From Planctomycetota bacterium (GTDB taxonomy: Bacteria; Planctomycetota; Brocadiia; JAADGH01): a stretch of 64,000 nucleotides of DNA. The DNA lies in assembly GCA_040755855.1 (NCBI GenBank), contig JBFMAD010000006.1:64001-128000 (forward strand). Direction: 5' to 3'. The notes under the pieces were generated by a model. It made no database searches. It saw nothing but the letters and a program-made list of their open reading frames with translations, and was not told the DNA's origin. The translations under genes and the position numbers were made by a program. Positions within the stretch are counted from its first letter, which is position 1; every line of letters begins with the position of its first letter. This document shows, one piece after another, positions 35,289 to 44,258 of the stretch.

Positions 35289-37736
35289 TTACTGCTTCCG
35301 CGTAATCCCCTTGCCGCAGAGGGGGACCATCTCTTTGGCTTCGGAGACGTGGTAGTTGAAGATCGTGAAGCCGCCCGTGCCGAGCGTGCGAGTAATCTTG
35401 ATCTGGTCAATCAGCTTGCAGATGTCGTTCGACGGCTGCCAGCAGCTCAGGCCGATGCCGGGATAGCAGGGGACCTTGCCCGCCCAGCCTCTCTGGAGCT
35501 TGACGAAGTTCTCGAACTGCGCGTTGATGGGGGTGTAGTCCATAGGGCAGACGAAATCGAGGTAGCCCTTGTCGCACCAGAGCTTCCAGTCCTGGCCGAC
35601 GCCGTCGCGATCCACGGGCCAGTTGCGGAAGACGGCCGCGCTGATCTCGATCTTCGGCTTGACCTTTCGCGCCTGCTCGCTCACGGCCGCGACGACCTTC
35701 GTGATGTTGCTTCGCCTGAAGTCGAGCCATTTCTGCTTGACCGCGTCGTCCTTCCTGCAATCCTCCGGCCAGTTCTTCACCTTCTGGCCAAGTATCTTTT
35801 CGAAACGCTCGCGACAGCCTGCGCAGAAGCACGATTGCCCGCCGGGGTAGCGGATGTAGTCGAAGTGGATCCCGGTTACGTCGTACTTCCGCGCCACCTC
35901 GACCATGGAGTCAATCTCCAGCTTCTGGTTGTCGGGGTGGGAGGGACAGAGCCAGCGCTCCTCCTCCTTGCCATCAAGCATGACCTGTGTCCGGCCCGCC
36001 TTTTTCATTTGCTCGACGAATTCCTTCGACGCCCTGCCGCTCATGTTCCAGTTCACCTTCCACACGTGGCATTCGACGCCGTACTTCTTGCACGCCGCCG
36101 CGCACAGGGCGATCTGATCGCCCTTCTCTTTGACGGATGAATCTATCGGGAGCACCGCGCTCTCATAGAAGGCCGTACCGCCCCACAGCATGTTGGGCAG
36201 GATGGCCGTGAAGCCGTTGTCGGCCAGGTTCTTGATGGCCTCATCCCACGTCATGCCGTCCACGCCGAAGGCGCTATGGCACCACCAGGCGCGGTGCTCG
36301 CCCTTCTGCGGTTTCTGGGCCTGGCAGTAGGCCTCGATCATGAGATTCTGGGCCCTGGCGGCCCGGTTCATGGCCGTGGCGTACTTATGTTCGGAACACA
36401 GACCGCTCGCCTGGTTGCGGAGCTGGGTCGCTTCTTCGACCTTGTTCGTCACAGGCAGATTCATCATCGCGGCCCACCAGAGCCCGTCTTTGGCCTCCTG
36501 GAAACTGGCATAGGGACCGAAGCGGCCGATCTGCTCGATCGCCGACACAACCGCCTTGCGCCACAGGTCCGGGGCGAACTGCCCGACCATGGCCAGGAGC
36601 ATATTCCGCTTGTTCGTCAGGTCGTCGGTAATCAATACATGGGTCATTTGGATCGCGCTGTCCGAAACGACGACGGCCGGGTGGCCGGTGCTCTTGCCCT
36701 GGTCGTCGAACCAATAGGCGGCGACGCGGCTCTTGCCCTTCACCGCCTGCGACTCGCTGATATTCCACGACCGCTGCCCGACGACATCCGGCGCCCCCGG
36801 CAGCGCGGCCGGCGTAAAGTGGATGGATGCAAACGAGCCGGGCCGGTCCTGTTTGATGTGATTGCCGCCGGGGATGCCCACGGCGTCGCGGAGCTTCAAG
36901 TGCAGGCCGTAGAATCCGATGATCTTGCCCCCGTCCTGGATGTATTTCACCAATTCATCGGCCACGTTGTCTGGCATGTTGGGGTTATGGGGGAGGATGA
37001 CGACCTTCTTGCCTCGCAGCCGCTTGGCGGTCACGTCGAGGTCGCTGATCATTGCATAGGATAGCCCCACATCGGCAAGGCACTGCGCGACGTTTTCGGA
37101 GAACGTGGCGACCGACTTGGCCTCATCGGGGGATTTCTTCGCCACCGATTCCCCGCGGATGATCGCAATCTCCGCATCCGCGCCCAGCAGTCCGAGGTCA
37201 GCGATATAGATCTCCGTGTCCACATCCTTGCCGCGCCAGGCGGAGAGGCGGAGGGTCTTGATCTTGCCCCAGCCTGCGGGCGATCCCTCGACGTCGGACT
37301 TGCTCTTGTCAATCAGGATGGTGCACCACTGGCCGCCCTTCTCCGGGGCGAAGCGCACGGAGTACCAGCCGTCGCCGCTCTGGAGGTAGAGCGTGAAGCT
37401 GGAGATCGGCGAGGCGTCCTCAGAGAACATCTTGAACTGAAGCCCCTGGCAGGTGGTGAGGTCGAGGTCCACCGTTCGGTCCCAGGAAGCCCTGTCAATC
37501 TTCGTGCCTTCAAAATTGCACGGCATGCGCAAGGCCCACTCGCCGCCCAGGTTCGCAACCGACACCGGGGCGGTCTCTCCCATGGGGCGCCATTCTTTCC
37601 GGGCGGCCTCGTGGCTCGGGTAGGCGAAACCGTCCACCATCTGATAGTCCGCCTTCGGCGGGGCGGGCGGGCCGAAGACGGCGCAAGAGGCGATCAGGCA
37701 GACTGTCAATGCCGCAAAGGCGATGTTCCGTCGCAT
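35289..37736 (-). CDS. Lipoprotein with family-10 glycosyl-hydrolase-like (GHL10/DUF187) C-terminal domain
   Basis: Lipobox IASC; WLCPSHP, GIHFDYIRYP, GQDW..W, DFVCPMDY. Confidence 0.88.
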   Translation of the reverse strand: MRRNIAFAALTVCLIASCAVFGPPAPPKADYQMVDGFAYPSHEAARKEWRPMGETAPVSVANLGGEWALRMPCNFEGTKIDRASWDRTVDLDLTTCQGLQFKMFSEDASPISSFTLYLQSGDGWYSVRFAPEKGGQWCTILIDKSKSDVEGSPAGWGKIKTLRLSAWRGKDVDTEIYIADLGLLGADAEIAIIRGESVAKKSPDEAKSVATFSENVAQCLADVGLSYAMISDLDVTAKRLRGKKVVILPHNPNMPDNVADELVKYIQDGGKIIGFYGLHLKLRDAVGIPGGNHIKQDRPGSFASIHFTPAALPGAPDVVGQRSWNISESQAVKGKSRVAAYWFDDQGKSTGHPAVVVSDSAIQMTHVLITDDLTNKRNMLLAMVGQFAPDLWRKAVVSAIEQIGRFGPYASFQEAKDGLWWAAMMNLPVTNKVEEATQLRNQASGLCSEHKYATAMNRAARAQNLMIEAYCQAQKPQKGEHRAWWCHSAFGVDGMTWDEAIKNLADNGFTAILPNMLWGGTAFYESAVLPIDSSVKEKGDQIALCAAACKKYGVECHVWKVNWNMSGRASKEFVEQMKKAGRTQVMLDGKEEERWLCPSHPDNQKLEIDSMVEVARKYDVTGIHFDYIRYPGGQSCFCAGCRERFEKILGQKVKNWPEDCRKDDAVKQKWLDFRRSNITKVVAAVSEQARKVKPKIEISAAVFRNWPVDRDGVGQDWKLWCDKGYLDFVCPMDYTPINAQFENFVKLQRGWAGKVPCYPGIGLSCWQPSNDICKLIDQIKITRTLGTGGFTIFNYHVSEAKEMVPLCGKGITRKQ

Positions 37737-37844
37737 GTTACCTTCCTCCGAGACTGGGGTGGACATTCCATCATGCGGAGGGCGATTATTGAGGAAAACG
37801 TGGTTTGTGTCAAGGCAATTTGCGTGTCGTCGGCCAGTTTTCAT

Positions 37845-37873
37845 TTGACACAACAGGCGCGGGAGATTATATT
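37845..37873 (+). promoter_or_regulatory. Sigma70 promoter for FTR-trxA, back-to-back with a leftward TTGACA at 37808-37813
   Basis: TTGACA-N17-TATATT. Confidence 0.55.
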
Positions 37874-37918
37874 TAGTTTTGCCAGGATGTTTGCGAGACG
37901 ACCCTGCGAAAGGAAGCC

Positions 37919-38221
37919 GTGGGCGAGAAGGAGGAAGTCGAGAAGATCAAGGCCGAGCTTCGGCGGCGCTATGAACGCTATGTCGAACGGGCGGGCCTCG
38001 GGCTGAACCCCGACGAGGAGCAGGTCGAGACGACCCTGACGGGCCTGGCCATGCGGAAGCTGAAGTTCGGGAAATTTTATTGCCCCTGCAAGGTGATGAC
38101 CAGCGATCCGGCAAAGGATAAGCGGATCATCTGCCCCTGCGCGGATCACAAGAAGGAGATACAGGATAACGGCATCTGTACATGCCAGTTGTTTGTGAGC
38201 AAGGACTATCGGAAGGAGTGA
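37919..38221 (+). CDS. Ferredoxin:thioredoxin reductase catalytic subunit-like protein
   Basis: LNPD...GL...YCPC...ICPC...CTCQLF. Confidence 0.88.
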   Translation: MGEKEEVEKIKAELRRRYERYVERAGLGLNPDEEQVETTLTGLAMRKLKFGKFYCPCKVMTSDPAKDKRIICPCADHKKEIQDNGICTCQLFVSKDYRKE

Positions 38222-38225
38222 AAGA

Positions 38226-38552
38226 GTGGCAGGCGTAGTTCATGTGAGCGATAAAGACTTTGAGGCGGAGGTGTTGCAGTCCGACATCCTCGTGCTGGCC
38301 GATTTCAGCGCCGAGTGGTGCGGGCCGTGCAAGGCGCTTGCGCCAATGATCGAGGAGATCGCTTCGGAGCAGGCGGGAAAAGTAAAGGTCTGCAAAATTG
38401 ACGTGGACAAGAGCCAACAGACGGCTGTGAAATATGGCATTACCAGTGTGCCTACCGTGATCTTTTTCAAGAAGGGGGAGGCGGTTGAGACGCTTGTGGG
38501 CATGCGCCCGAAGGCCGCGTATGAATCGGTGATCGCCGCGCAGGCGGATTGA
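38226..38552 (+). CDS. trxA: Thioredoxin
   Basis: DFSAEWCGPCK; cis-Pro loop SVPT. Confidence 0.95.
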   Translation: MAGVVHVSDKDFEAEVLQSDILVLADFSAEWCGPCKALAPMIEEIASEQAGKVKVCKIDVDKSQQTAVKYGITSVPTVIFFKKGEAVETLVGMRPKAAYESVIAAQAD

Positions 38553-38581
38553 CGCAAAATTAAATTTTTTCGAAAAATTAC

Positions 38582-38610
38582 TTGACTGTTGACAAATCAG
38601 CCTTCATAAT
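38582..38610 (+). promoter_or_regulatory. Sigma70 promoter for csp
   Basis: TTGACT-N17-CATAAT with an AT-rich UP-like tract upstream. Confidence 0.65.
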
Positions 38611-38660
38611 TTAGGGGTAGGCTGATTGAGGGCGTTTGTCGTCAGCGGACATGCTGTGTT

Positions 38661-38704
38661 GACCGCAAAGGCTTGCGTTATCAGCTTTTGCGGTCTTTTC
38701 GTTT
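38661..38704 (+). terminator. Terminator-like hairpin in the csp 5' leader
   Basis: GACCGCAAAGGCT-N9-AGCTTTTGCGGTC-TTTTCGTTT. Confidence 0.65.
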
Positions 38705-38730
38705 CGGGGGTCTTATCAGGAGGGTGTCGC

Positions 38731-38931
38731 ATGCCGACGGGAAAGGTGAAGTGGTTTAACGACCAAAAGGGCTACGGCTTTATCGAGCAGGATGGCGGCA
38801 CGGACGTTTTCGTGCATCATTCTGCCATCCAGGGCGAGGGGTACAAGACCCTGGCCGAGGGCCAGCTCGTGCAGTTCGAGCTGTCCAAGGGCGATAAGGG
38901 CCCACGCGCCGAAAACGTCGTTAAGCTGTAG
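38731..38931 (+). CDS. csp: Cold-shock protein (CspA family)
   Basis: GKVKWFN..KGYGFI (RNP1), DVFVH (RNP2); AGGAGG SD. Confidence 0.97.
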   Translation: MPTGKVKWFNDQKGYGFIEQDGGTDVFVHHSAIQGEGYKTLAEGQLVQFELSKGDKGPRAENVVKL

Positions 38932-38941
38932 TCGCTTCACC

Positions 38942-39104
38942 GCTTACCGCGTGGGGGGGCTCACGCAGACGTGGTCGTGCAGTCGTGTAGCCGTTAGAGT
39001 ACCTGCCGGGGCAGGCAATTGAGCAGGTCAGCGGGTTTACATCAGTCAGAGGGAGTTTGTTTGCCAATCCACCTCTCCCGCCCACGTCGGCCTCTACCGC
39101 GAGC
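38942..39104 (+). ncRNA. Candidate structured RNA, 6S-like rod with central bubble
   Basis: Hand-folded nested pairs: CGCG/CGCG, GGGGGCT/GGCCTCT, GACGTGG/CCACGTC, GTGTAG/TTACAT, CCGTT/AGCGG, ACCTGC/GCAGGT. Confidence 0.35.
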
Positions 39105-39148
39105 TGCCCAGCATAGACTACTACATGATGCTCTGACGGCATGCGCCG

Positions 39149-40318
39149 ATGAAACGAAACGATCTTCTCGACCTCTACCGAACCACGCTGCTCGACGATG
39201 TGCTCCCCTTCTGGACACGCCACGCCATTGACCCCAACGGCGGGATCAACTCCTGCATCGCCGACGACGGCGCGGTCATCAGCCGGGACCGATGGAGTTG
39301 GTCGCAGTGGCGGGCGGTATGGGTCTTCAGCAAGCTATACAACCGCATTGAGCAGCGGACCGAATGGCTGGACATCGCGAAGGGCATCTGCGACTTCGCC
39401 GCCGCCCACGGTCCGCTCGACAGCGGCCACTGGCCGCTCCTCCTCGATGGCGACGGGGAGATCAAGCGCGGGTATGAGAGCCTTTACGTGGATGGCTTCG
39501 CGCTCTATGGCCTCGTGGAGATCTGGCGCGCCGCGAAGGACGATCGTCTGCTCGACCTCGCCATGAACACATTCCACGCGACCGAGGAGGCCCTGAACGC
39601 CGACGCCCCGCCCCCGGCCTGGCCCTATCCCATCCCCGCCGGCCGTATGGCCCATGGAATCAGCATGATCTTCTCCCTTGTTTACAGCGAGCTTGCCGAT
39701 GCAACCGGGGATGCCGACATCCGCGCCGCTGCAAAGACGCACCACGACCGGGTGATGAACACATTCCTCCGCCGCGACCGGGGCATTGTTCTGGAGTGGC
39801 TGAGCCGAGACGGATCGGAGGTCCCCCCGCCTGAGGGCACGGCCGTCGTGCCGGGTCACGCGATCGAGTCCATGTGGTTCCAGATCCACATCGCACGCGA
39901 CAGGGGCGACAGCGCGACCATCGCCCGCGCAATCCAAGCCATCCGCCGTCACCTCGAAATCGGCTGGGATAAGGAGCACGGAGGACTCTTCCTCGCCGTG
40001 GATGCCGAGGGCGGGACCGAGGTCGGCTGGGGCTTCCACGACACAAAGCTCTGGTGGCCGCACACCGAGGCGCTCTACGCCACCTTGCTTGCCTTCGAGC
40101 GCTGCCGCGAGAACTGGTGCATGGAATGGCACGAGAGGATCCGCGACTACTGCTACGCCCATTTCCCCGTGCCTGAGCATGGCGAGTGGCGGCAAAAGCT
40201 CGACCGATATGGCAAGCCGATCAGCAACGTCGTTGCCCTTCCTGTCAAGGACCCCTTCCACCTGCCGAGGGCGCTGATCTACTGCATTGACGTCCTCGAA
40301 CGTCTGGCGCAGGCGTAA
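39149..40318 (+). CDS. AGE-family epimerase/isomerase (N-acylglucosamine 2-epimerase-like)
   Basis: LPFW, Q.R.VW, PGHAIESMWF, KLWWPHTEA, KDPFHLPR. Confidence 0.92.
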   Translation: MKRNDLLDLYRTTLLDDVLPFWTRHAIDPNGGINSCIADDGAVISRDRWSWSQWRAVWVFSKLYNRIEQRTEWLDIAKGICDFAAAHGPLDSGHWPLLLDGDGEIKRGYESLYVDGFALYGLVEIWRAAKDDRLLDLAMNTFHATEEALNADAPPPAWPYPIPAGRMAHGISMIFSLVYSELADATGDADIRAAAKTHHDRVMNTFLRRDRGIVLEWLSRDGSEVPPPEGTAVVPGHAIESMWFQIHIARDRGDSATIARAIQAIRRHLEIGWDKEHGGLFLAVDAEGGTEVGWGFHDTKLWWPHTEALYATLLAFERCRENWCMEWHERIRDYCYAHFPVPEHGEWRQKLDRYGKPISNVVALPVKDPFHLPRALIYCIDVLERLAQA

Positions 40319-40319
40319 G

Positions 40320-42335
40320 CTACTGCTTTACTCCCAACCATTCCCGCAACGGGCCGAGCAGTTCGGAGGTATGCTTCGGCGTATAGCAGAACCCGATCCA
40401 GCCGGCCGCGCCGTTCTTGCGGGCCAGGGCGATATGCAGCGCCAGTTGCTCCGGGTCGTTCATCGCCCCCTGCCCGGCGTTGATGCCGATGCCCTGAACG
40501 ATCGGGAAGCCCTCCGGCACGGCTTTGCGATGAACGGCGGCCTTCTCCGCGAATGCCGTGGGATCAAGCGTGTAGTTCATGGGGCAGACGAAGTCCAGCC
40601 ACCCCTCCTTGCACCAGCGCGCCCAGTCCTGGCCGTTTCCTTCTCTGCACTGAGGCCAGTTGTGGAAGACCGCCGCGCTGACTTTAACCTGCGGCGCCTC
40701 CTTGCGAATCCGGTTCGAGGTGCGTTCGACCAGCTTCGATATGCGCGTGCACCGGAACTCGATCCACTCGGCGTGGCGCGCGCCCTTCGGCAAGACATCC
40801 GTGGGCCAGTCCGCGACCGGCTTGGCCGTTTCCTTTTCGAAGAGCGCCTGGCACTTCGGGCAGAAGCACCCCCGCTCGTTGGGGTAGCGGATGAAGTCGT
40901 ACTGCACTCCGTCCGCACCGTACTTCGTCGCGACCTCCACCATCACCGCTTCCATGTGAGCAAGGTTGACTTCCTGCGAGGGGCAGAACCACCCTATCTC
41001 CTTGCCGTCCGGTTCCATCTGTAGCCGCCCCGCCTCGCGCAATTCCTTGAGCGTCTTCTCGGACGCCCGTCCTTCGACGATGCAATTGTTGACGTAGGGA
41101 TGCATCTCGATGCCGTTCGCGTGGGCGTGCTTCACCGCCTCGGCCAACCAGTCGCCGGCGGGGGCGAGGGGATCCATGATGTCCGGCTGGACCTTCGACC
41201 CGCCGAAAAACGCCGCCGCGCCCCCGGCGATGCGGAGGACGACGAAGTTGATGCCGAGCTTCTTAAGCTCCGGCATCACGTCCTTGGGCTGGCGGTCCAT
41301 GTTGACGTGCAACCACACCCCTCGCCGCTCATTGGCGGAACCGTCGCCGCCGTGGATCGAGGTCACCTTGATCGTTTCGTCCAAGATTTTGTCGCCGATC
41401 TTCGCCTGAACGAGCATCTCCCTATCTCCGTTCTTTGCCTGCTCGGTCGGGATGACAATCGTGAATTGCCGGATCGTCCCGGCGGGGACGTCAGCCAGGC
41501 GGAGCGGCGCCTCCTCCTTGATCTCGCCGTCCGGGCAGGTCACCTCCGCGGCCTCCCCCTTCTCCCCCGGTGCGACGCGCACGTGGAACGTCGCCGCAAA
41601 TCCGGCTGCCGTCATCACCTCCGGCGGCGTCACCAAAAGCGCGGGGGTCTTCAATGCGGCGGTCAGTCGCTCCGCACGAGAGCCGTCGGGCTTCAGCCAG
41701 GCAAGAAAGGACTGCAAGACCTTCGCCTCCGCGCCTCGCGGCCATCGGGCGGTCCGGCCGTCGGGCATGCCGAGGGAGAGGCCCGTGCTGATGACCTTGC
41801 CCCTCCCGATCTTGCCCGCGACGGCGACGGGCTGGCCTGCATCATTCTTGATAAGCACCGTCGCGTCTCTCCCCACTCGCTCGATGATGTGGTCCTTGTA
41901 GTCTGCCTTGAAGTCCTTCAGCCCCTCGACCGCCGGGTGGCCGGGGACGATGTGCATGCCCTGGCTGTCGTAGATGCGAAGTATGCCGACACCCACCTCG
42001 CCGAGGATGTGATGGTGCCAGGTTTGGAGCACGGAGCCTCCGTCGCCGACATACTCTTTCAGCCTCTCCCGCCACCCGTCCCGCACCCGGCCGGGCGAGT
42101 GCATGTCGCAGAGGTAGATGATGTCGTACTGGGCGAGGGTGAGCATGTGGAAGTCCGCGATCGCCTCGGCCTTGTAGCCGTGTTCGTTCAGCTCCTTCAC
42201 CAGTCGGTCCACCACGGCGCCCTCGCCCCGGGTGGCCTTCTGGTCAAACACGCCGACCCGGATGTCCTCCCCCGCAATGCAGGAATACGCCAGGAGCGGA
42301 ATACCGGCCAAGAGACACGCAAACATTCGCATCAT
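40320..42335 (-). CDS. Secreted GHL10/DUF187 glycosyl-hydrolase-like protein (paralog of 35289-37736)
   Basis: RRGVW, WFCPS, DGVQYDFIRYP, GQDW, DFVCPMNY. Confidence 0.88.
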   Translation of the reverse strand: MMRMFACLLAGIPLLAYSCIAGEDIRVGVFDQKATRGEGAVVDRLVKELNEHGYKAEAIADFHMLTLAQYDIIYLCDMHSPGRVRDGWRERLKEYVGDGGSVLQTWHHHILGEVGVGILRIYDSQGMHIVPGHPAVEGLKDFKADYKDHIIERVGRDATVLIKNDAGQPVAVAGKIGRGKVISTGLSLGMPDGRTARWPRGAEAKVLQSFLAWLKPDGSRAERLTAALKTPALLVTPPEVMTAAGFAATFHVRVAPGEKGEAAEVTCPDGEIKEEAPLRLADVPAGTIRQFTIVIPTEQAKNGDREMLVQAKIGDKILDETIKVTSIHGGDGSANERRGVWLHVNMDRQPKDVMPELKKLGINFVVLRIAGGAAAFFGGSKVQPDIMDPLAPAGDWLAEAVKHAHANGIEMHPYVNNCIVEGRASEKTLKELREAGRLQMEPDGKEIGWFCPSQEVNLAHMEAVMVEVATKYGADGVQYDFIRYPNERGCFCPKCQALFEKETAKPVADWPTDVLPKGARHAEWIEFRCTRISKLVERTSNRIRKEAPQVKVSAAVFHNWPQCREGNGQDWARWCKEGWLDFVCPMNYTLDPTAFAEKAAVHRKAVPEGFPIVQGIGINAGQGAMNDPEQLALHIALARKNGAAGWIGFCYTPKHTSELLGPLREWLGVKQ

Positions 42336-42492
42336 ATCACCCTCCTCCATCCACCAGACATGCTGCTCCTCCCACAGGACAACCATACGGCAATCCGCGG
42401 TGTGTTTCAACACATAAGCCCTTTTCCCTTGCGCAAAGAGGCGAATCACTTATAATACGTCCACATCAAATCGCGGTTGGAGGAACACGGCC

Positions 42493-42870
42493 ATGTCAAT
42501 TGAGAGCATCCTGCGAACGGTGGAGAAGTTGGAGCCTTACTCGAAGGGTGATGTCATCTTTCGAGAAGGCGAGACCGGCGACGTCATGTATGTGGTGGCG
42601 GAAGGAAAGCTGGACATCAAGATCCGCGACCGCATCATCGAAACTGTGGAGGTGGGAGGTATCGTGGGGGAGATGTCGCTCATTGACGAGAAGGAGCGCA
42701 GCGCCACCGTCGTCGCCGCTACGGACTGCAAGCTGGTGCGGATCAACAAGCGGCTCTTCGGCGTGCTGGTCCGGGAAATCCCATCCTTTTCGCTCGATGT
42801 CATGCGCGTCATGGCGGACCGGATCCGGCGCATTGACGAGTTCATCCGCAGCCTTGACGAAAACGCATGA
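42493..42870 (+). CDS. Stand-alone cyclic nucleotide-binding domain protein
   Basis: IFREGETGDVMYVV..G, GEMSLI...RSATV. Confidence 0.92.
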   Translation: MSIESILRTVEKLEPYSKGDVIFREGETGDVMYVVAEGKLDIKIRDRIIETVEVGGIVGEMSLIDEKERSATVVAATDCKLVRINKRLFGVLVREIPSFSLDVMRVMADRIRRIDEFIRSLDENA

Positions 42871-42883
42871 TGGGAAACAGCTG

Positions 42884-44239
42884 ATGACACCGATCCCCGA
42901 CTATTGGCGATGGTTCCCGGAATGCCGTTTCGGTATGTTTATTCACTGGGGACCATATTCACAATACGGTCGCGGCGAGCAGGTTCTATTCCGCGAGCAT
43001 CTCGCCCAAAAGAAATATGCCGAGACCGCCTGCCGATGGAATCCTCGGAAGTTCGACGCGGCAACATGGGCAAACGTCGCAAAGAAAGGCGGCATGAAGT
43101 ACGCCGTCCTCACCACCCGACACCACGACGGGTTCTGCCTGTGGGACAGCAAGGTCACCGACTACACTACCGCCGCCCAGGCGCCGAAGCGCGACTTCGT
43201 CGGGGAGTACGTCGAGGCCTTTCGCGCCGCCGGGTTGCGCGTCGGGCTATACTACTCCCTCGCCGACTGGCGCATCCCCGCCTACTGGGAGGGACCGGAG
43301 CACGACCCGCAGGAATGGGAGGAGTTCCGCGAGTACATCCATGCCCAGGTGCGGGAGCTGCTCACGAACTATGGACAGATTGACGTCTTCTGGTTCGACG
43401 GCGCATGGCCGCACTCGCCTCGGGAATGGAAGAGCCGCGAGCTGGTCGAGATGATGCGCTCGATCCAGCCGCACATCCTCATCAACAACCGCCTCGGCAA
43501 ACCTCACGAGCACGAGCTGAAGCAGCAGAAGGAATCCGCCGACGGCGGCGCGGGCGCGGGAGAGTCGGCGGAGCTCGGGGACTTCGGCACGCCGGAGCAC
43601 CACATCACCGCCGACCCGAACCGTCTCTGGGAGTCGTGCCAGGTAACCACATGGCGGCTCTGGGGCTACACCATCGGAGAGCGATGGCGGCCCGCCGACC
43701 TGCTGCTCGACATGCTCATCGAGGCGGCCGGCAAGGGCGGCAACCTGCTCCTCAACGTCGGCCCGACAGCCGACGGCGAACTCCCCTCCGAGTATGTCAA
43801 GCGCATGAAGAAGATCGGCAAGTGGCTGAAGGTCCACGGCGAGATGATATACGACTCCGAGCCGGGAGACGTGTGCGAGTTCATCACATACGGCCGCCAG
43901 ATGCGGCGGGGAAACAATCTCTACCTCATCATCCGCTTCTGGGACGGCCGGGATACGCTGACCCTTGCCGGTCTGGACACGAAGGTACGGAAGGCTACCC
44001 TCATGACCACCGGCGCTGAGCTGGAGTTCGAGCAGAGTCCGGACTACGTGACGGTGAAGGGCCTCCCCGCCAAGCCGCCGACGGACCTCTTCCCGGTCAT
44101 CAAGATCAAGTGTGAAGACCCGCCCAAGCCGCGCGACTGGGCGGCCAAGCGCCTGTGGAGCGGCGACTCGCGGCGGATGACCTCCTGGGCGGCGGCGAGG
44201 GGGACGTCGGTCTTCGTAGACGGAAAACCCCGCCCGTGA
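42884..44239 (+). CDS. Alpha-L-fucosidase (GH29)
   Basis: FGMFIHWG, HHDGFCLW, WFDG, GGNLLLNVGP. Confidence 0.93.
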   Translation: MTPIPDYWRWFPECRFGMFIHWGPYSQYGRGEQVLFREHLAQKKYAETACRWNPRKFDAATWANVAKKGGMKYAVLTTRHHDGFCLWDSKVTDYTTAAQAPKRDFVGEYVEAFRAAGLRVGLYYSLADWRIPAYWEGPEHDPQEWEEFREYIHAQVRELLTNYGQIDVFWFDGAWPHSPREWKSRELVEMMRSIQPHILINNRLGKPHEHELKQQKESADGGAGAGESAELGDFGTPEHHITADPNRLWESCQVTTWRLWGYTIGERWRPADLLLDMLIEAAGKGGNLLLNVGPTADGELPSEYVKRMKKIGKWLKVHGEMIYDSEPGDVCEFITYGRQMRRGNNLYLIIRFWDGRDTLTLAGLDTKVRKATLMTTGAELEFEQSPDYVTVKGLPAKPPTDLFPVIKIKCEDPPKPRDWAAKRLWSGDSRRMTSWAAARGTSVFVDGKPRP

Positions 44240-44258
44240 CCACGCAGGGAGTGCAGCG

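Noticed and set aside
38995..39030. SRP RNA or tRNA in the csp downstream region
   Set aside because: No SRP GGAA-tetraloop domain and no cloverleaf or T-arm consensus.
42500..42883. Apparent long N-terminus or fusion of the fucosidase ORF
   Set aside because: It is an alternative frame over the cNMP-binding gene; GH29 sequence begins at ATG 42884.
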